A stretch of DNA of 64,000 nucleotides from Clostridia bacterium. Its GTDB lineage: Bacteria > Bacillota > Clostridia > Oscillospirales > CAG-272. Numbering within the stretch: the first letter of the stretch is position 1; each line of letters starts with the position of its first letter. Positions 55,368 through 64,000 of this stretch are shown one piece after another. The DNA is taken from the NCBI GenBank assembly GCA_017453245.1, contig JAFTKM010000020.1, positions 877 through 64,876 of the forward strand, read 5' to 3'. The notes under the pieces are model-generated. The model was not told the DNA's origin and did not search any database. It saw only the letters and a list, made by a program, of their open reading frames with translations. The position numbers were made by a program, and so were the translations under genes.

Positions 55368-55406
55368 AAAACTGCTGCGTCTACAATCGCGGCAGTTTTC
55401 TTTTTT
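55368..55406 (+). terminator. rho-independent terminator
   Basis: AAAACTGCTGCG ... CGCGGCAGTTTT followed by CTTTTTT. Confidence 0.75.
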
Positions 55407-55863
55407 GCAAAATGATTTTGGGGTGTCGGAGCCGACTCCGGAGCTATTTGCGCGGAAATATCCCGGACAGAGCATGACACTAAATGGCCTATGCAAGACA
55501 ATCGATTCCGGTCTTTGATTTTTTGCGCTCCCGAGCCCTCCAAGCCTTCCGCTTTTTTCTGCTTGATGTCGGACGGAATAAGAAATACTCCCCTTGTGTG
55601 AGCGCGGATAGGCTTGACTGTGATTTTAATCACAATTATTTTGTGTATATCGCACAAAAAATCCTCCGAATTATTTATTTCAAGGCAAGAAAATAAATAA
55701 GAAAATCAAAAAAATCAAGGTTCGTCGAATATCGAGTCAAAAATTTTAAGGTTAACGGAAAATTAATTCTATATAATGAAGGCACCATAACAAGCTAAAC
55801 TATGACCATAGCTATGCCTTTCTCCCTTATTAAATAAGGGCTCGGGCGTGCGACGGATTATGG

Positions 55864-56475
55864 TTGGCAAAACGGAAAGATAATATGGACAACAGAATAA
55901 CCTTTAAGCAGTATCGAAATGTTGATTTGTTGATCTTCTCGATTGTTACAGCTGTCGGTGAGTGCATTGCAACTCTCGCTACCTCGCGGTGGTTTGTCGG
56001 ACAGCCAATGGCTATTTCGATTACTCTTGCTATGATATTGATCGCTATGCACAGATGGAGCGGATACGCCGCTATCGTCGCTGTAGTCGGCGGCGCGGTC
56101 TTCTCCATTGCATCCTCGGCATCGCCCGAGCAATTCCTTATATACTGCGGCGGAAACGTCTTCGCCCTCATATCGCTCATCTATTTCAAGCTTATGTCCA
56201 AGAGCCGTGTCAGATCAAGCTTTCTTCTGACGCTTGTCCTCGCGTCGACGTCTTACGTTGCGATGGCACTCGGACGATGGCTCTTATCCCTGCCGTTTGG
56301 CGCGGGATTGGCCGAGCTTGTCGGATTTTTGGTATCGGATATTCTTTCGCTTCTCTTTGCGACTTTGATTCTCTGGACCTGCCGTGCTGTTGACGGCCTG
56401 ATCGAAGATCAGAAGGCGTATCTCTTCAGACTCGAGAAGGAAAGACAGAAGGACGCATACGGTGATGAGGAATGA
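55864..56475 (+). CDS. polytopic membrane protein, possibly an ECF-transporter S component
   Basis: About 6 TM and ~200 aa. The architecture resembles S components, but no motif is recognised. Start is 55864 or 55885. Confidence 0.5.
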   Translation: MAKRKDNMDNRITFKQYRNVDLLIFSIVTAVGECIATLATSRWFVGQPMAISITLAMILIAMHRWSGYAAIVAVVGGAVFSIASSASPEQFLIYCGGNVFALISLIYFKLMSKSRVRSSFLLTLVLASTSYVAMALGRWLLSLPFGAGLAELVGFLVSDILSLLFATLILWTCRAVDGLIEDQKAYLFRLEKERQKDAYGDEE

Positions 56476-56515
56476 TCACAAACGAAAAAACTGTTCAAAG
56501 AACGGAGGGTTTTAT

Positions 56516-57571
56516 ATGAAATTAAAAGCTGCCGATTACTTGGTCAAGGACCCGACTACCGGCAAATACAGAGAGGATGCGGAGCAAATAGTCCGCGACG
56601 ACGTTGAGAAGAATCATTGGAAAAACGTCGGACTCACCATTCTCAAGGACTGGCGTCTTTACGTGATGCTTGTTCCCATGCTCCTAGTTTTCCTCTTCTG
56701 GAGATATTTCCCTATGTACGAGCTGCTCGGAGCGTTCAAGTTTGACGAGGAAGCTATAAGAGTAGCGGATCAGAATTATACGGGCTTCTACTACTTCCAG
56801 ATGCTCTTCTCGCATCCCAGCTATGCCCCCGAGTTCTGGCGTGCATTCAGAAACACCTTCCTCCTTTCCTTCTACGGTCTTCTTTTCGGCTTCCCGACGC
56901 CGATAATTATCGCGCTCTTCTTCAACGAGATCAAGAGCAATATCGTAAGAAGCGTATATCAGGTTATTACATATCTGCCTAAGTTCATTTCGACGGTTGT
57001 TATGACGTCGCTTATCACGATGCTTGTCCGTCAGCCCTCATCGGTTATGGGCATAGAGATGGGCGTTATCTCACAGTTGCTTGTGAAGATAGGTGCCATT
57101 TCGGCAGAATCCGGAGGACTTGGCCTTCTCAATGATCCGGATTACTTCCGCGCAATCTATCAGATAAGCGGTATCTGGGAGACTGCAGGCTATGATTCGA
57201 TAGTATTCTTTGCCGCGATAATCGCGATCTCACCGACGAGCTACGAGGCGGCACAGATCGACGGCGCAGGTAAAATGGCGCAGATGAGATACGTCGTGCT
57301 TCCCAGTATTCTTTCCACTATCGTAATTATGCTTATCACGAGAATCGGTTCGCTTCTCAACATAGGCTATGAGAAGGTTCTCCTTCTTTATAATCCCAAC
57401 ACCTACGTTACCGCAGACGTTGTTTCCACCTTCGCGCAGAGATACGGTATAGGAGACGGAATGACCGGCCTTGCCTCGGCCGCGGAAATGATGAACAATA
57501 TCGTAGGTATGCTTCTCGTTATCAGTGCGAATACGATCGCCCGCAAGGCATCTGACGTTTCGCTGTACTAA
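56516..57571 (+). CDS. sugar ABC transporter permease (LplB/MalF-like)
   Basis: GGAGG RBS before the ATG at 56516. LplB-like N-terminus (WKNVGLTILKDWRLYVMLVPMLLVFLFWRYFPM) and the EAA-region AAQIDGAGKMAQMRYVVLP. Confidence 0.85.
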   Translation: MKLKAADYLVKDPTTGKYREDAEQIVRDDVEKNHWKNVGLTILKDWRLYVMLVPMLLVFLFWRYFPMYELLGAFKFDEEAIRVADQNYTGFYYFQMLFSHPSYAPEFWRAFRNTFLLSFYGLLFGFPTPIIIALFFNEIKSNIVRSVYQVITYLPKFISTVVMTSLITMLVRQPSSVMGIEMGVISQLLVKIGAISAESGGLGLLNDPDYFRAIYQISGIWETAGYDSIVFFAAIIAISPTSYEAAQIDGAGKMAQMRYVVLPSILSTIVIMLITRIGSLLNIGYEKVLLLYNPNTYVTADVVSTFAQRYGIGDGMTGLASAAEMMNNIVGMLLVISANTIARKASDVSLY

Positions 57572-57584
57572 AGGAGACTGAGAT

Positions 57585-58475
57585 ATGAAAAGAAAATTAG
57601 AAGTTTCCGAGCTCATATTCAAGATCCTGAGCTATGTATTCCTCACGGCATTCGCTGTGTGCTGTCTGTATCCCTTCCTCTACGCTATATCCGCTGCGAT
57701 AAGCGGCAGAGAAGCGGTTGAATACGGACAGATAATTCTGTTCCCGAAGGACGTACAGTTTGACGCATTCGCAAGAATGTTCAACAACAACCTCTTCTGG
57801 AATGCTTACTCCAACACCTTGTTCATCACCTTCTACGGCACGCTTTGGGCTATGGGTGTTGCAATCCTCGGCGCATACGCTCTCTCCAAGAAGAGACTTA
57901 TGTTCCGCAAGGGCTTTAACTTCTTCCTCGTATTCACTATGTGGTTCTCCGCAGGTATCGTTCCTCAGTATCTGAACTACCTTGCAACCGGTGAGGTTTT
58001 TGAGTCTCTCGGAATTATGGACGACAAGTGGCTCGTCGTTATCACGATGGGTATGGCGGCTATGAACATTATCCTTCTTCGTAATGCATTCGAGGGTGTC
58101 CCCTCGGAGATAGAGGAGGCGGCAATCGTTGACGGTGCTACCGAGTTCCAGGTGCTCACAAGAGTGTACCTCCCTATGAGTAAGTCCACTATTGCAACGG
58201 TCGCGCTCTTCTTCGCTATCTCGCGTTGGAACGGTTACTTCTGGGCGCGCCAGATGATCACCAACTCCTATGAGCAACCGCTTCAGGTTTACATCAGACG
58301 TCAGCTCGAGGAATTTACAGACCCCGAGTTTATGGTAGGCTGGAATGAGCCGTATGCCTCCGACTCTGTTATCTACGCTCTCATAGTTTGCTCTATTATC
58401 CCCGTTCTTATCATTTACCCCTTCATTCAGAAATATTTCGCTAAGGGCGTGAATATGGGTGGCGTTAAGGAATAA
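57585..58475 (+). CDS. carbohydrate ABC transporter permease (LplC/MalG-like)
   Basis: AAAGGAG RBS, 6 TM, and the EAA motif EEAAIVDGATEFQVLTRVYLPMS. Confidence 0.85.
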   Translation: MKRKLEVSELIFKILSYVFLTAFAVCCLYPFLYAISAAISGREAVEYGQIILFPKDVQFDAFARMFNNNLFWNAYSNTLFITFYGTLWAMGVAILGAYALSKKRLMFRKGFNFFLVFTMWFSAGIVPQYLNYLATGEVFESLGIMDDKWLVVITMGMAAMNIILLRNAFEGVPSEIEEAAIVDGATEFQVLTRVYLPMSKSTIATVALFFAISRWNGYFWARQMITNSYEQPLQVYIRRQLEEFTDPEFMVGWNEPYASDSVIYALIVCSIIPVLIIYPFIQKYFAKGVNMGGVKE

Positions 58476-58567
58476 GCTCCTTAATCAGCAACCAAACGTT
58501 ACATTTCTTCGGTTATTTTGCGCTTTGCGCACGATAATAATAAAAATTTATTTATGGAGGAACCCCC

Positions 58568-60751
58568 ATGAAAAAGGTAAGAATCCTTTCTCTCCTTCTT
58601 GTGCTTATCATGCTTATGAGCTTCACTCTCACCGCATGCATCAAGCCCGACACCGGAAACGACGATGACGAAAAGAATCCCGGTGGCGACAACTCCACCC
58701 CCGCTGTATTTGACCTTCCTTACGCAGAAGGTACGGTGCTTCGTATGGCAACCGGTTACAACTCCACCAAGACAGGTCTTTCCTTCCACGCAGACATCTT
58801 CCCCGCAGGCCAGTCTTCAATCACTCTTTCTAACGGTGAGACCTACAACGTAGGCGACCTTAAGCCCACCTGGGTAGAGGTTGAGAACGTTCTCAAGATT
58901 GAATTTGAGGATAAGTACACCGGTACAAGCGCTTCCGACCAGTGGAAATACTGGCAGGAAAGACTTGACGAGGTTGATATGGTCAGCGGTACCGCTTCCC
59001 AGCTTACCGAGAACGGTGTAGCAGGCAAGCTCGTTGATATTTCCAAGTATCTCGATCATATGCCTAACTTCAAGGCATACCTTGAGGCTAACCCCATCGT
59101 ACGTCTCTCCATCACCGGTGACACCTCTAACGGCGCGATCTACTTCTCGCCCTACTTCGACGGTGTTAACGATATCGAGCGTATGCCCCTTATGAGAACT
59201 GACTGGGTTGAAAAGCTTCTTAACGGCGAGGGTGACTTCACCGCTTCCGCTTCCAACAACCTTGCAGCAGCTTCCTATACTCCTTATATGCCCATCTCCG
59301 GCACCGTAACCGTTGACGTTGTTAAGGCTGACGGCTCCGGCGTTGAGCAGGTAACCAAGAACTATGCTGCAGCAGGCAACATCGTTAAGGTTATGAACGA
59401 CGCTCTTGCAGCAGGCACCGTTACCGGTGTTGACGCTGTTAACATGCTTCGTGACTACATCGATACCGCATACAACGGCTACTACGGCACCAACCGTGCT
59501 GACCTCTTCATCGGTCAGAACGCAGCTTGGGACGCAGACGAGCTCGTAGCTCTTCTTCGTTGCGTAGTTGCTAACCCCCAGACACTCAACGGTACCGATA
59601 CCGTTCAGGGTCTCTTCTCCCGTGAGGATGATAACAACCAGAGAAAGGTTGATATGTTCCGCTTTGCAGGCACTCTCTTCGGCGTAAGAGGTCTTGAGTC
59701 CAGACAGGATTACCTCTACATCGGTAGTGACGGTCTCCTTCACGACGCTCGTCAGGAAGAGGCTACCTACGTTGCTATTGAGAGAATGAACGCAATGGCT
59801 AAGGAAGGTCTTATCTCCACCGCTTACGTTAAAAACGAGACCGGTAAGACCGACAGCTATCTTTCCAATGACAACGGCTTCATGCACTATGACTACAACC
59901 AGACTCAGACCGTTTACAACGAGACCAAGCTTCAGGAAGGCGAGAAGTACATGGCAGTTCTCGTTCCCGTTGCTCGTTGGAACGACGGTACCGGTGAGAC
60001 CTTCATGAGATTCACCGAGTCCTGGAGATCTGTTAAGACTGACGGTTGGGGCATCTCCGTTGCAGGTGTTGCAGGCAACGATGACAAGCTCCACGCGGCT
60101 CTTGCTATTATCGACTACGCATACTCCGCAGAGGGTATGATCCTTATGTCCTACGGTCCCGATGAGTTCATCAAGAAGGATGCCAACGGCAATTACGTAA
60201 CCTTCAACTTCAACGGAACTCAGATGCCCGTTATCGCAGACTCCACCTATGAGGAGCTCTGGACCCTCGCATCCGGTAACTACACCAACTACGCTCGTAT
60301 GTACCTCGGCTCCACTCTCTCCTTCGCAAAGAGCCAGGCGTTCGAGTATCAGTGCACTCACGCAGTAGGTAAGGAAGGTGCAGGCAAGATTTCCACCGCT
60401 ATCGGCCTTGGCGTAATCAAGCATCCTGAGCTTGCTATCACCGAGAATCCTTGGTGGACCTCCGTTCCTACCGTTCTTCCCAACACCGCAGACGAGACTG
60501 CTAAGATCAATGAGCTTGCAGACCTCACCTCCAGCGGTAAGTTCTCTCAGTCCAAGGGTAAGACCAACCTCCTCGTAGACCTCATCCGTCTTGGTTATGA
60601 GGGCTCCAACGTTGGTGCTTCCGCTTCTGAGGTTGCTTCCAAGGTTGCCGGCAAGGTATCCGACGGCGGCATGGGCGGCGAGACCTACCTTGCATACAAG
60701 AACGATGCATGGGATAGACTCGTTGAGTATTACGAGAATCTTAACAAGTAA
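58568..60751 (+). CDS. extracellular sugar-binding lipoprotein (LplA-like, enlarged, 727 aa)
   Basis: GGAGG RBS, lipobox SFTLTACIK, and family-1 SBP-like sequence. In an operon with the permeases. Confidence 0.8.
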   Translation: MKKVRILSLLLVLIMLMSFTLTACIKPDTGNDDDEKNPGGDNSTPAVFDLPYAEGTVLRMATGYNSTKTGLSFHADIFPAGQSSITLSNGETYNVGDLKPTWVEVENVLKIEFEDKYTGTSASDQWKYWQERLDEVDMVSGTASQLTENGVAGKLVDISKYLDHMPNFKAYLEANPIVRLSITGDTSNGAIYFSPYFDGVNDIERMPLMRTDWVEKLLNGEGDFTASASNNLAAASYTPYMPISGTVTVDVVKADGSGVEQVTKNYAAAGNIVKVMNDALAAGTVTGVDAVNMLRDYIDTAYNGYYGTNRADLFIGQNAAWDADELVALLRCVVANPQTLNGTDTVQGLFSREDDNNQRKVDMFRFAGTLFGVRGLESRQDYLYIGSDGLLHDARQEEATYVAIERMNAMAKEGLISTAYVKNETGKTDSYLSNDNGFMHYDYNQTQTVYNETKLQEGEKYMAVLVPVARWNDGTGETFMRFTESWRSVKTDGWGISVAGVAGNDDKLHAALAIIDYAYSAEGMILMSYGPDEFIKKDANGNYVTFNFNGTQMPVIADSTYEELWTLASGNYTNYARMYLGSTLSFAKSQAFEYQCTHAVGKEGAGKISTAIGLGVIKHPELAITENPWWTSVPTVLPNTADETAKINELADLTSSGKFSQSKGKTNLLVDLIRLGYEGSNVGASASEVASKVAGKVSDGGMGGETYLAYKNDAWDRLVEYYENLNK

Positions 60752-60797
60752 TATCCGACCTGATCCAAACTAACTTTTTTGCGGGATAATATCCCGT

Positions 60798-60831
60798 GGG
60801 GCAGGGGGAGCCTTGTGCTCCCCCTAGCCCC
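60798..60831 (+). other. GC-rich stem-loop after the SBP gene (stabiliser or weak terminator)
   Basis: GGGGCAGGGGGAGC ... GCTCCCCCTAGCCCC. No T run follows. Confidence 0.5.
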
Positions 60832-60902
60832 GATAAATTCACACGCTACCCCACTTATTTATCACGCATCCACCTAAAAACTGTTATTTTACGGAGACAG
60901 AT

Positions 60903-61481
60903 ATGTATAAAAAGCAAATGACTCTCCAGCGCATAGTTTGCTATGCCTTGCTTATTGCCTCTGCGATAGTGTTTGTATATTCGCTTGGCTTGGCAACAGA
61001 TCTTTACGATTCGCTTTTCCCCTATGCGGACGCTACTAAGAAAAAGTTCGTCGAGGGAGCGGACATATATTACAATATACAGCCCTTCAACAAACAGCTC
61101 ACCGGCGCGGGTATCGCCCTTATCTTATCGGCTGTATCACTTTTTATTTTCAATACCCACAAGAGAAGAAAATATTACGTAGGAAATTACGTTACCGTCG
61201 TTCTTAACGCCGTTATCAACGTTGCAGTCACCGTATGGGCTCTTGTAAACGTTATGGCGTACAAGGCGCAGTACCTTTTAATAGATTTTGAGAAGCTCGC
61301 TGAGCTTGCAGACAGATATGACACTAAGTATATTGAGTCGACCAGATGGTTTGACTTCTCTGTACCTGTCTTTGTTATTCTTATTGCGGTGACCGTTCTT
61401 TCGCTTGCCAATCTTGTGTTCAAGACCTTGCTTATGAGAAGTGAAAGAAAGCTTATCGAGGAAGGAGATACAGAGGTATGA
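60903..61481 (+). CDS. 4-TM membrane protein of unknown function
   Basis: ACGGAGA RBS, four hydrophobic helices, a basic loop HKRRKYY and an acidic tail. Confidence 0.65.
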   Translation: MYKKQMTLQRIVCYALLIASAIVFVYSLGLATDLYDSLFPYADATKKKFVEGADIYYNIQPFNKQLTGAGIALILSAVSLFIFNTHKRRKYYVGNYVTVVLNAVINVAVTVWALVNVMAYKAQYLLIDFEKLAELADRYDTKYIESTRWFDFSVPVFVILIAVTVLSLANLVFKTLLMRSERKLIEEGDTEV

Positions 61482-61969
61482 CAAATGGCGTAATGAATGT
61501 TAAAAAGGACAGACTCCGCTACACCAAAAACAAGCTCTCCTCAACTCTTGCAATACTCGGCATCGTATTTGATGCGCTGTACTTCATCAGCATTTACTCC
61601 TCGGACGTCGGCAATTACTTCTATAATTATATTATCGGCGCCTCCGTGGTATATAACCTTCTATTCCTGCTTTGCGTTTTCCTCTCCTCGGAGGGAGTGA
61701 AGAGCTATAAGCTCGGTTATGCGATCGCCCTGATCGTTGTCGGAGCTATGCAGGTAGGACGTATCTTCTACATTCCCTTAAAGGCTCATTCGTCCATGGT
61801 CAGCGTGGGCGTGGAAATGGTTCCGGCAATGGACGGTAAGCAGTTTGCTTACGTTATAGTATGCCTCGTGCTTTCCGCTGTGGCATGCATTGTATCCGGA
61901 GTTATCGGTATATACAAGACACGTGTCCTTGAAGGATACAACAAGCAGCTTGCCGGGGCTGAGGCTTGA
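61478..61969 (+). CDS. 4-TM membrane protein of unknown function
   Basis: ATGA overlap with the upstream gene. Four hydrophobic helices with the same architecture as its neighbours. Confidence 0.6.
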   Translation: MTNGVMNVKKDRLRYTKNKLSSTLAILGIVFDALYFISIYSSDVGNYFYNYIIGASVVYNLLFLLCVFLSSEGVKSYKLGYAIALIVVGAMQVGRIFYIPLKAHSSMVSVGVEMVPAMDGKQFAYVIVCLVLSAVACIVSGVIGIYKTRVLEGYNKQLAGAEA

Positions 61970-62096
61970 GCTCAACCTCCTCATGAAAATACCGTTAGGC
62001 GGCACCCGTGTCGCGTTTTCGGGCATATAGACAAGGCGGAACGCATCATTTTTAACGTATGCGGCCTGCAAAGTACAAAGAAAGGCGTATTAAGGT

Positions 62097-63161
62097 ATGG
62101 CTTCGTTAAGTCTTCATAACTTAAACAAAATATACGACAACAACGTTCAGGCTGTCTTTGATTTCAACCTCGACGTGAAGGACGGTGAGCTTATAGTTCT
62201 CGTCGGTCCCTCAGGCTGCGGTAAGTCCACCACGCTCCGTATGGTGGCGGGTCTTGAGGACATTACGTCGGGTACTCTTATCATAGACGGCAAGGATGTT
62301 ACTCAGATGCCTGCGAAGGACAGAGACATCGCTATGGTATTCCAGAATTACGCGCTCTACGCGCATATGACGGTCTACGAGAATATGGCATTTTCTCTTA
62401 CTCTTCGTAAGGAGGATCCCAATGTAATTCACGAAAAGGTTCTCGCGGCCGCTGAGATACTCGGTCTTACCGATCAGCTCAACAAGAAGCCGAGACAGCT
62501 TTCCGGCGGTCAGCGACAGAGAGTTGCGATGGGCAGAGCAATAGTCAGAAAGCCCAAGGTATTCCTCTTCGACGAGCCTCTCTCAAACCTTGATGCCAAG
62601 CTCAGAGGCGCGACAAGACGTGAGATACTCCTTCTTCACAAGAGACTCGGCGCGACGATGCTCTACGTAACCCACGATCAGATCGAGGCATTGACTCTTG
62701 CGGACAGGATCGTATGTATGTCTATGGGATACGTTCAGCAGGTCGGAACTCCTCTTGAGTTGTATGACAATCCCGCAAACATTTTTGTCGCAAGCTTCAT
62801 AGGACTTCCTCCTATGAATATGTTTGACGCGAGGGTTGAGGACGAAAGGCTTGTGTGCGATGGCTTTGATTATCCTCTTTCCGAGAGCGAAAGAGCGCTC
62901 CTTCGCGACTACGTCGGCAAGACTGTCACTCTTGGTGTGCGTCCCGAGAATATTGTTCCCGATAACAACGGTTATCTGAAGGCAAGCGTTACTCTCAATG
63001 AGAACCTTGGTCAGAATACTCTCGTACACGGCACGGTAGGCGGACATAAGATGACAGCCAAGGTGCGTGAGTGGTGCAACTATAAGAAGGGCGATGAGGT
63101 AGCTTTCTGCCTCAACCGTGTGCACTTCTTCGATAAGGAAACGACAAACGCTATCAGATAA
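62097..63161 (+). CDS. sugar ABC transporter ATP-binding protein (MsmK/MalK/UgpC-like)
   Basis: Walker A GPSGCGKST, Q-loop MVFQNYALY, LSGGQRQRVAMGRA, Walker B FLFDEPLSNLD, and a C-terminal TOBE-like regulatory domain. Confidence 0.9.
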   Translation: MASLSLHNLNKIYDNNVQAVFDFNLDVKDGELIVLVGPSGCGKSTTLRMVAGLEDITSGTLIIDGKDVTQMPAKDRDIAMVFQNYALYAHMTVYENMAFSLTLRKEDPNVIHEKVLAAAEILGLTDQLNKKPRQLSGGQRQRVAMGRAIVRKPKVFLFDEPLSNLDAKLRGATRREILLLHKRLGATMLYVTHDQIEALTLADRIVCMSMGYVQQVGTPLELYDNPANIFVASFIGLPPMNMFDARVEDERLVCDGFDYPLSESERALLRDYVGKTVTLGVRPENIVPDNNGYLKASVTLNENLGQNTLVHGTVGGHKMTAKVREWCNYKKGDEVAFCLNRVHFFDKETTNAIR

Positions 63162-63229
63162 GGCGTTACCTATTAATACTAAACCTGGGCGGAGAGGGTA
63201 CACCCTACCACCCTTTAAGGAACGGTAAT

Positions 63230-63808
63230 ATGGAAAAGAAAAACATTTTCACTAGAATATGGGCGTCCGTTAAGGAGGGCGCGCGAAAGTTTACGGTTAC
63301 CCTGAAGCGTAATCCCCATTATATTCCTCTTGCTATGCTTCTTGTCTCCTTCGTTATTCTTTCGTTTAATCTGACTAAGATATCCAATACGACTGCGACG
63401 ATGAATAAGATGGGAATGGGCCTTTGCGCATTCATATCTATGCTTCTGTCGATACTCTCGATGGTTTGTATGCTCAACGCATTCCCGAAGAGACAAAAGC
63501 CCAAGATTGCAGTTATCGTGCTTATGCTTGTCCTCTTTGCGATAATTATCGCGGCTGACGCATTTTACTGTGTCAGAGTTATAAACGGCGTTACAACGGA
63601 TCCCGATGCGATAAAGGTCACAGAAAAGAACTACTTTATAGTTGAAGCTCAGAACGCTTTGATCGTACATATAGTAATGATGGCGCTGACAGCCGTTTCG
63701 GTAATCCTCGAGCCCGTGTTTGCAAAGCTTCTTAAGAAGATAAACACCTCCATCAACGTTGAGGACAACGGCGAGATCACCGAGATAGATATTTCCGAAG
63801 AGGACTGA
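63230..63808 (+). CDS. 4-TM membrane protein of unknown function
   Basis: AAGGAA RBS, four helices, a basic loop PKRQKPK and an acidic tail. Same length (192 aa) as the 60903 product. Confidence 0.65.
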   Translation: MEKKNIFTRIWASVKEGARKFTVTLKRNPHYIPLAMLLVSFVILSFNLTKISNTTATMNKMGMGLCAFISMLLSILSMVCMLNAFPKRQKPKIAVIVLMLVLFAIIIAADAFYCVRVINGVTTDPDAIKVTEKNYFIVEAQNALIVHIVMMALTAVSVILEPVFAKLLKKINTSINVEDNGEITEIDISEED

Positions 63809-63813
63809 TTCCG

Positions 63814-64000
63814 ATGTCTGAAAAAGATAAGAACACTACCGGACAGAATAGGGGAAAGAAGAACGGCCACTACGATCTTAAGACCGATGCGGTCAACAGA
63901 CTTGTAAACGCCGATTCAGTAAAGCCTCTCGAGCCTCTTGGAATTGATCCGGGTAAAAAGTACCGCTCAGGCGGATTAATTGATAAGATACCGTCCTGGT
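63814..64000 (+). CDS. hypothetical protein, N-terminal part only (runs off right edge)
   Basis: ATG at 63814, open to the window end (MSEKDKNTTGQNRGKKNGHYDLKTDAVNRLVNADS...). Not in the ORF track because there is no stop. Confidence 0.4.
   Translation, partial: MSEKDKNTTGQNRGKKNGHYDLKTDAVNRLVNADSVKPLEPLGIDPGKKYRSGGLIDKIPSW

Noticed and set aside
55262-55657. 131-aa minus-strand ORF
   Set aside because: It overlaps the tadA 3' end and the tadA terminator, has no RBS, and has an implausible composition.
55407-55863. SRP RNA (ffs), tmRNA, RNase P RNA or a known riboswitch after tadA
   Set aside because: I could not find the diagnostic motifs on either strand: SRP helix-8 GGAAG/AGCA loops, the tmRNA tRNA-like end with a tag ORF, RNase P AGGAAAGUCC, or TPP/FMN/THF/preQ1 cores. 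The region is left unassigned.

Overview
The window looks like a chromosomal segment from a Gram-positive, Clostridia-like bacterium. That taxon call is inference from gene content (pth-mfd, csoR-copA, LplABC-type sugar transporter, ECF sigma with a DUF4367 anti-sigma factor) and Shine-Dalgarno usage. About 45 genes are supported.

- 1-1242: a Val-Asp-Gly tRNA cluster.
- 1.8-10.7 kb: an Opp-like ABC transporter whose components are all oversized.
- 11.4-24 kb: housekeeping genes, namely a ThyX-like protein, nadE, pth, mfd, csoR-copA and glnA.
- About 24.2-35.9 kb: an AT-rich island. It holds an ECF sigma/anti-sigma pair, a small secreted protein, a 2218-aa RHS/YD-repeat polymorphic toxin with its immunity gene, and a downstream orphan toxin-tip/immunity cassette.
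- 35.9-41.2 kb: an amino-acid permease, trkH-trkA and an AraC regulator.
- 41.5-51 kb: rhaB-rhaA, an acidic Cys-rich lipoprotein and two tandem cytoplasmic heparinase II/III-like genes.
- 51.3-55.3 kb: secG, rnr, a CPBP protease and tadA.
- 55.9-64 kb: a CUT1/Lpl-type sugar ABC transporter whose ATPase gene sits among three small 4-TM proteins.

The most unusual signals are non-coding.

1. A family of ~100-120 nt structured repeats is present. Three copies follow the three tRNA genes, and each is closed by an exact second copy of that tRNA's 3' end. One copy interrupts the orphan rhs module, and one degenerate copy lies between the SBP and permease genes. Two copies differ almost only by compensatory changes in a hairpin.
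2. Three intergenic arrays are built from a short constant word plus a variable mini-hairpin (23942-24165, 44015-44276, 44361-44470).
3. An identical 15-nt box, with sigma-54-like -24/-12 geometry in one copy, precedes both the small secreted protein gene and the rhs gene.

All calls rest on reading the sequence and on remembered family signatures. No database search was run.
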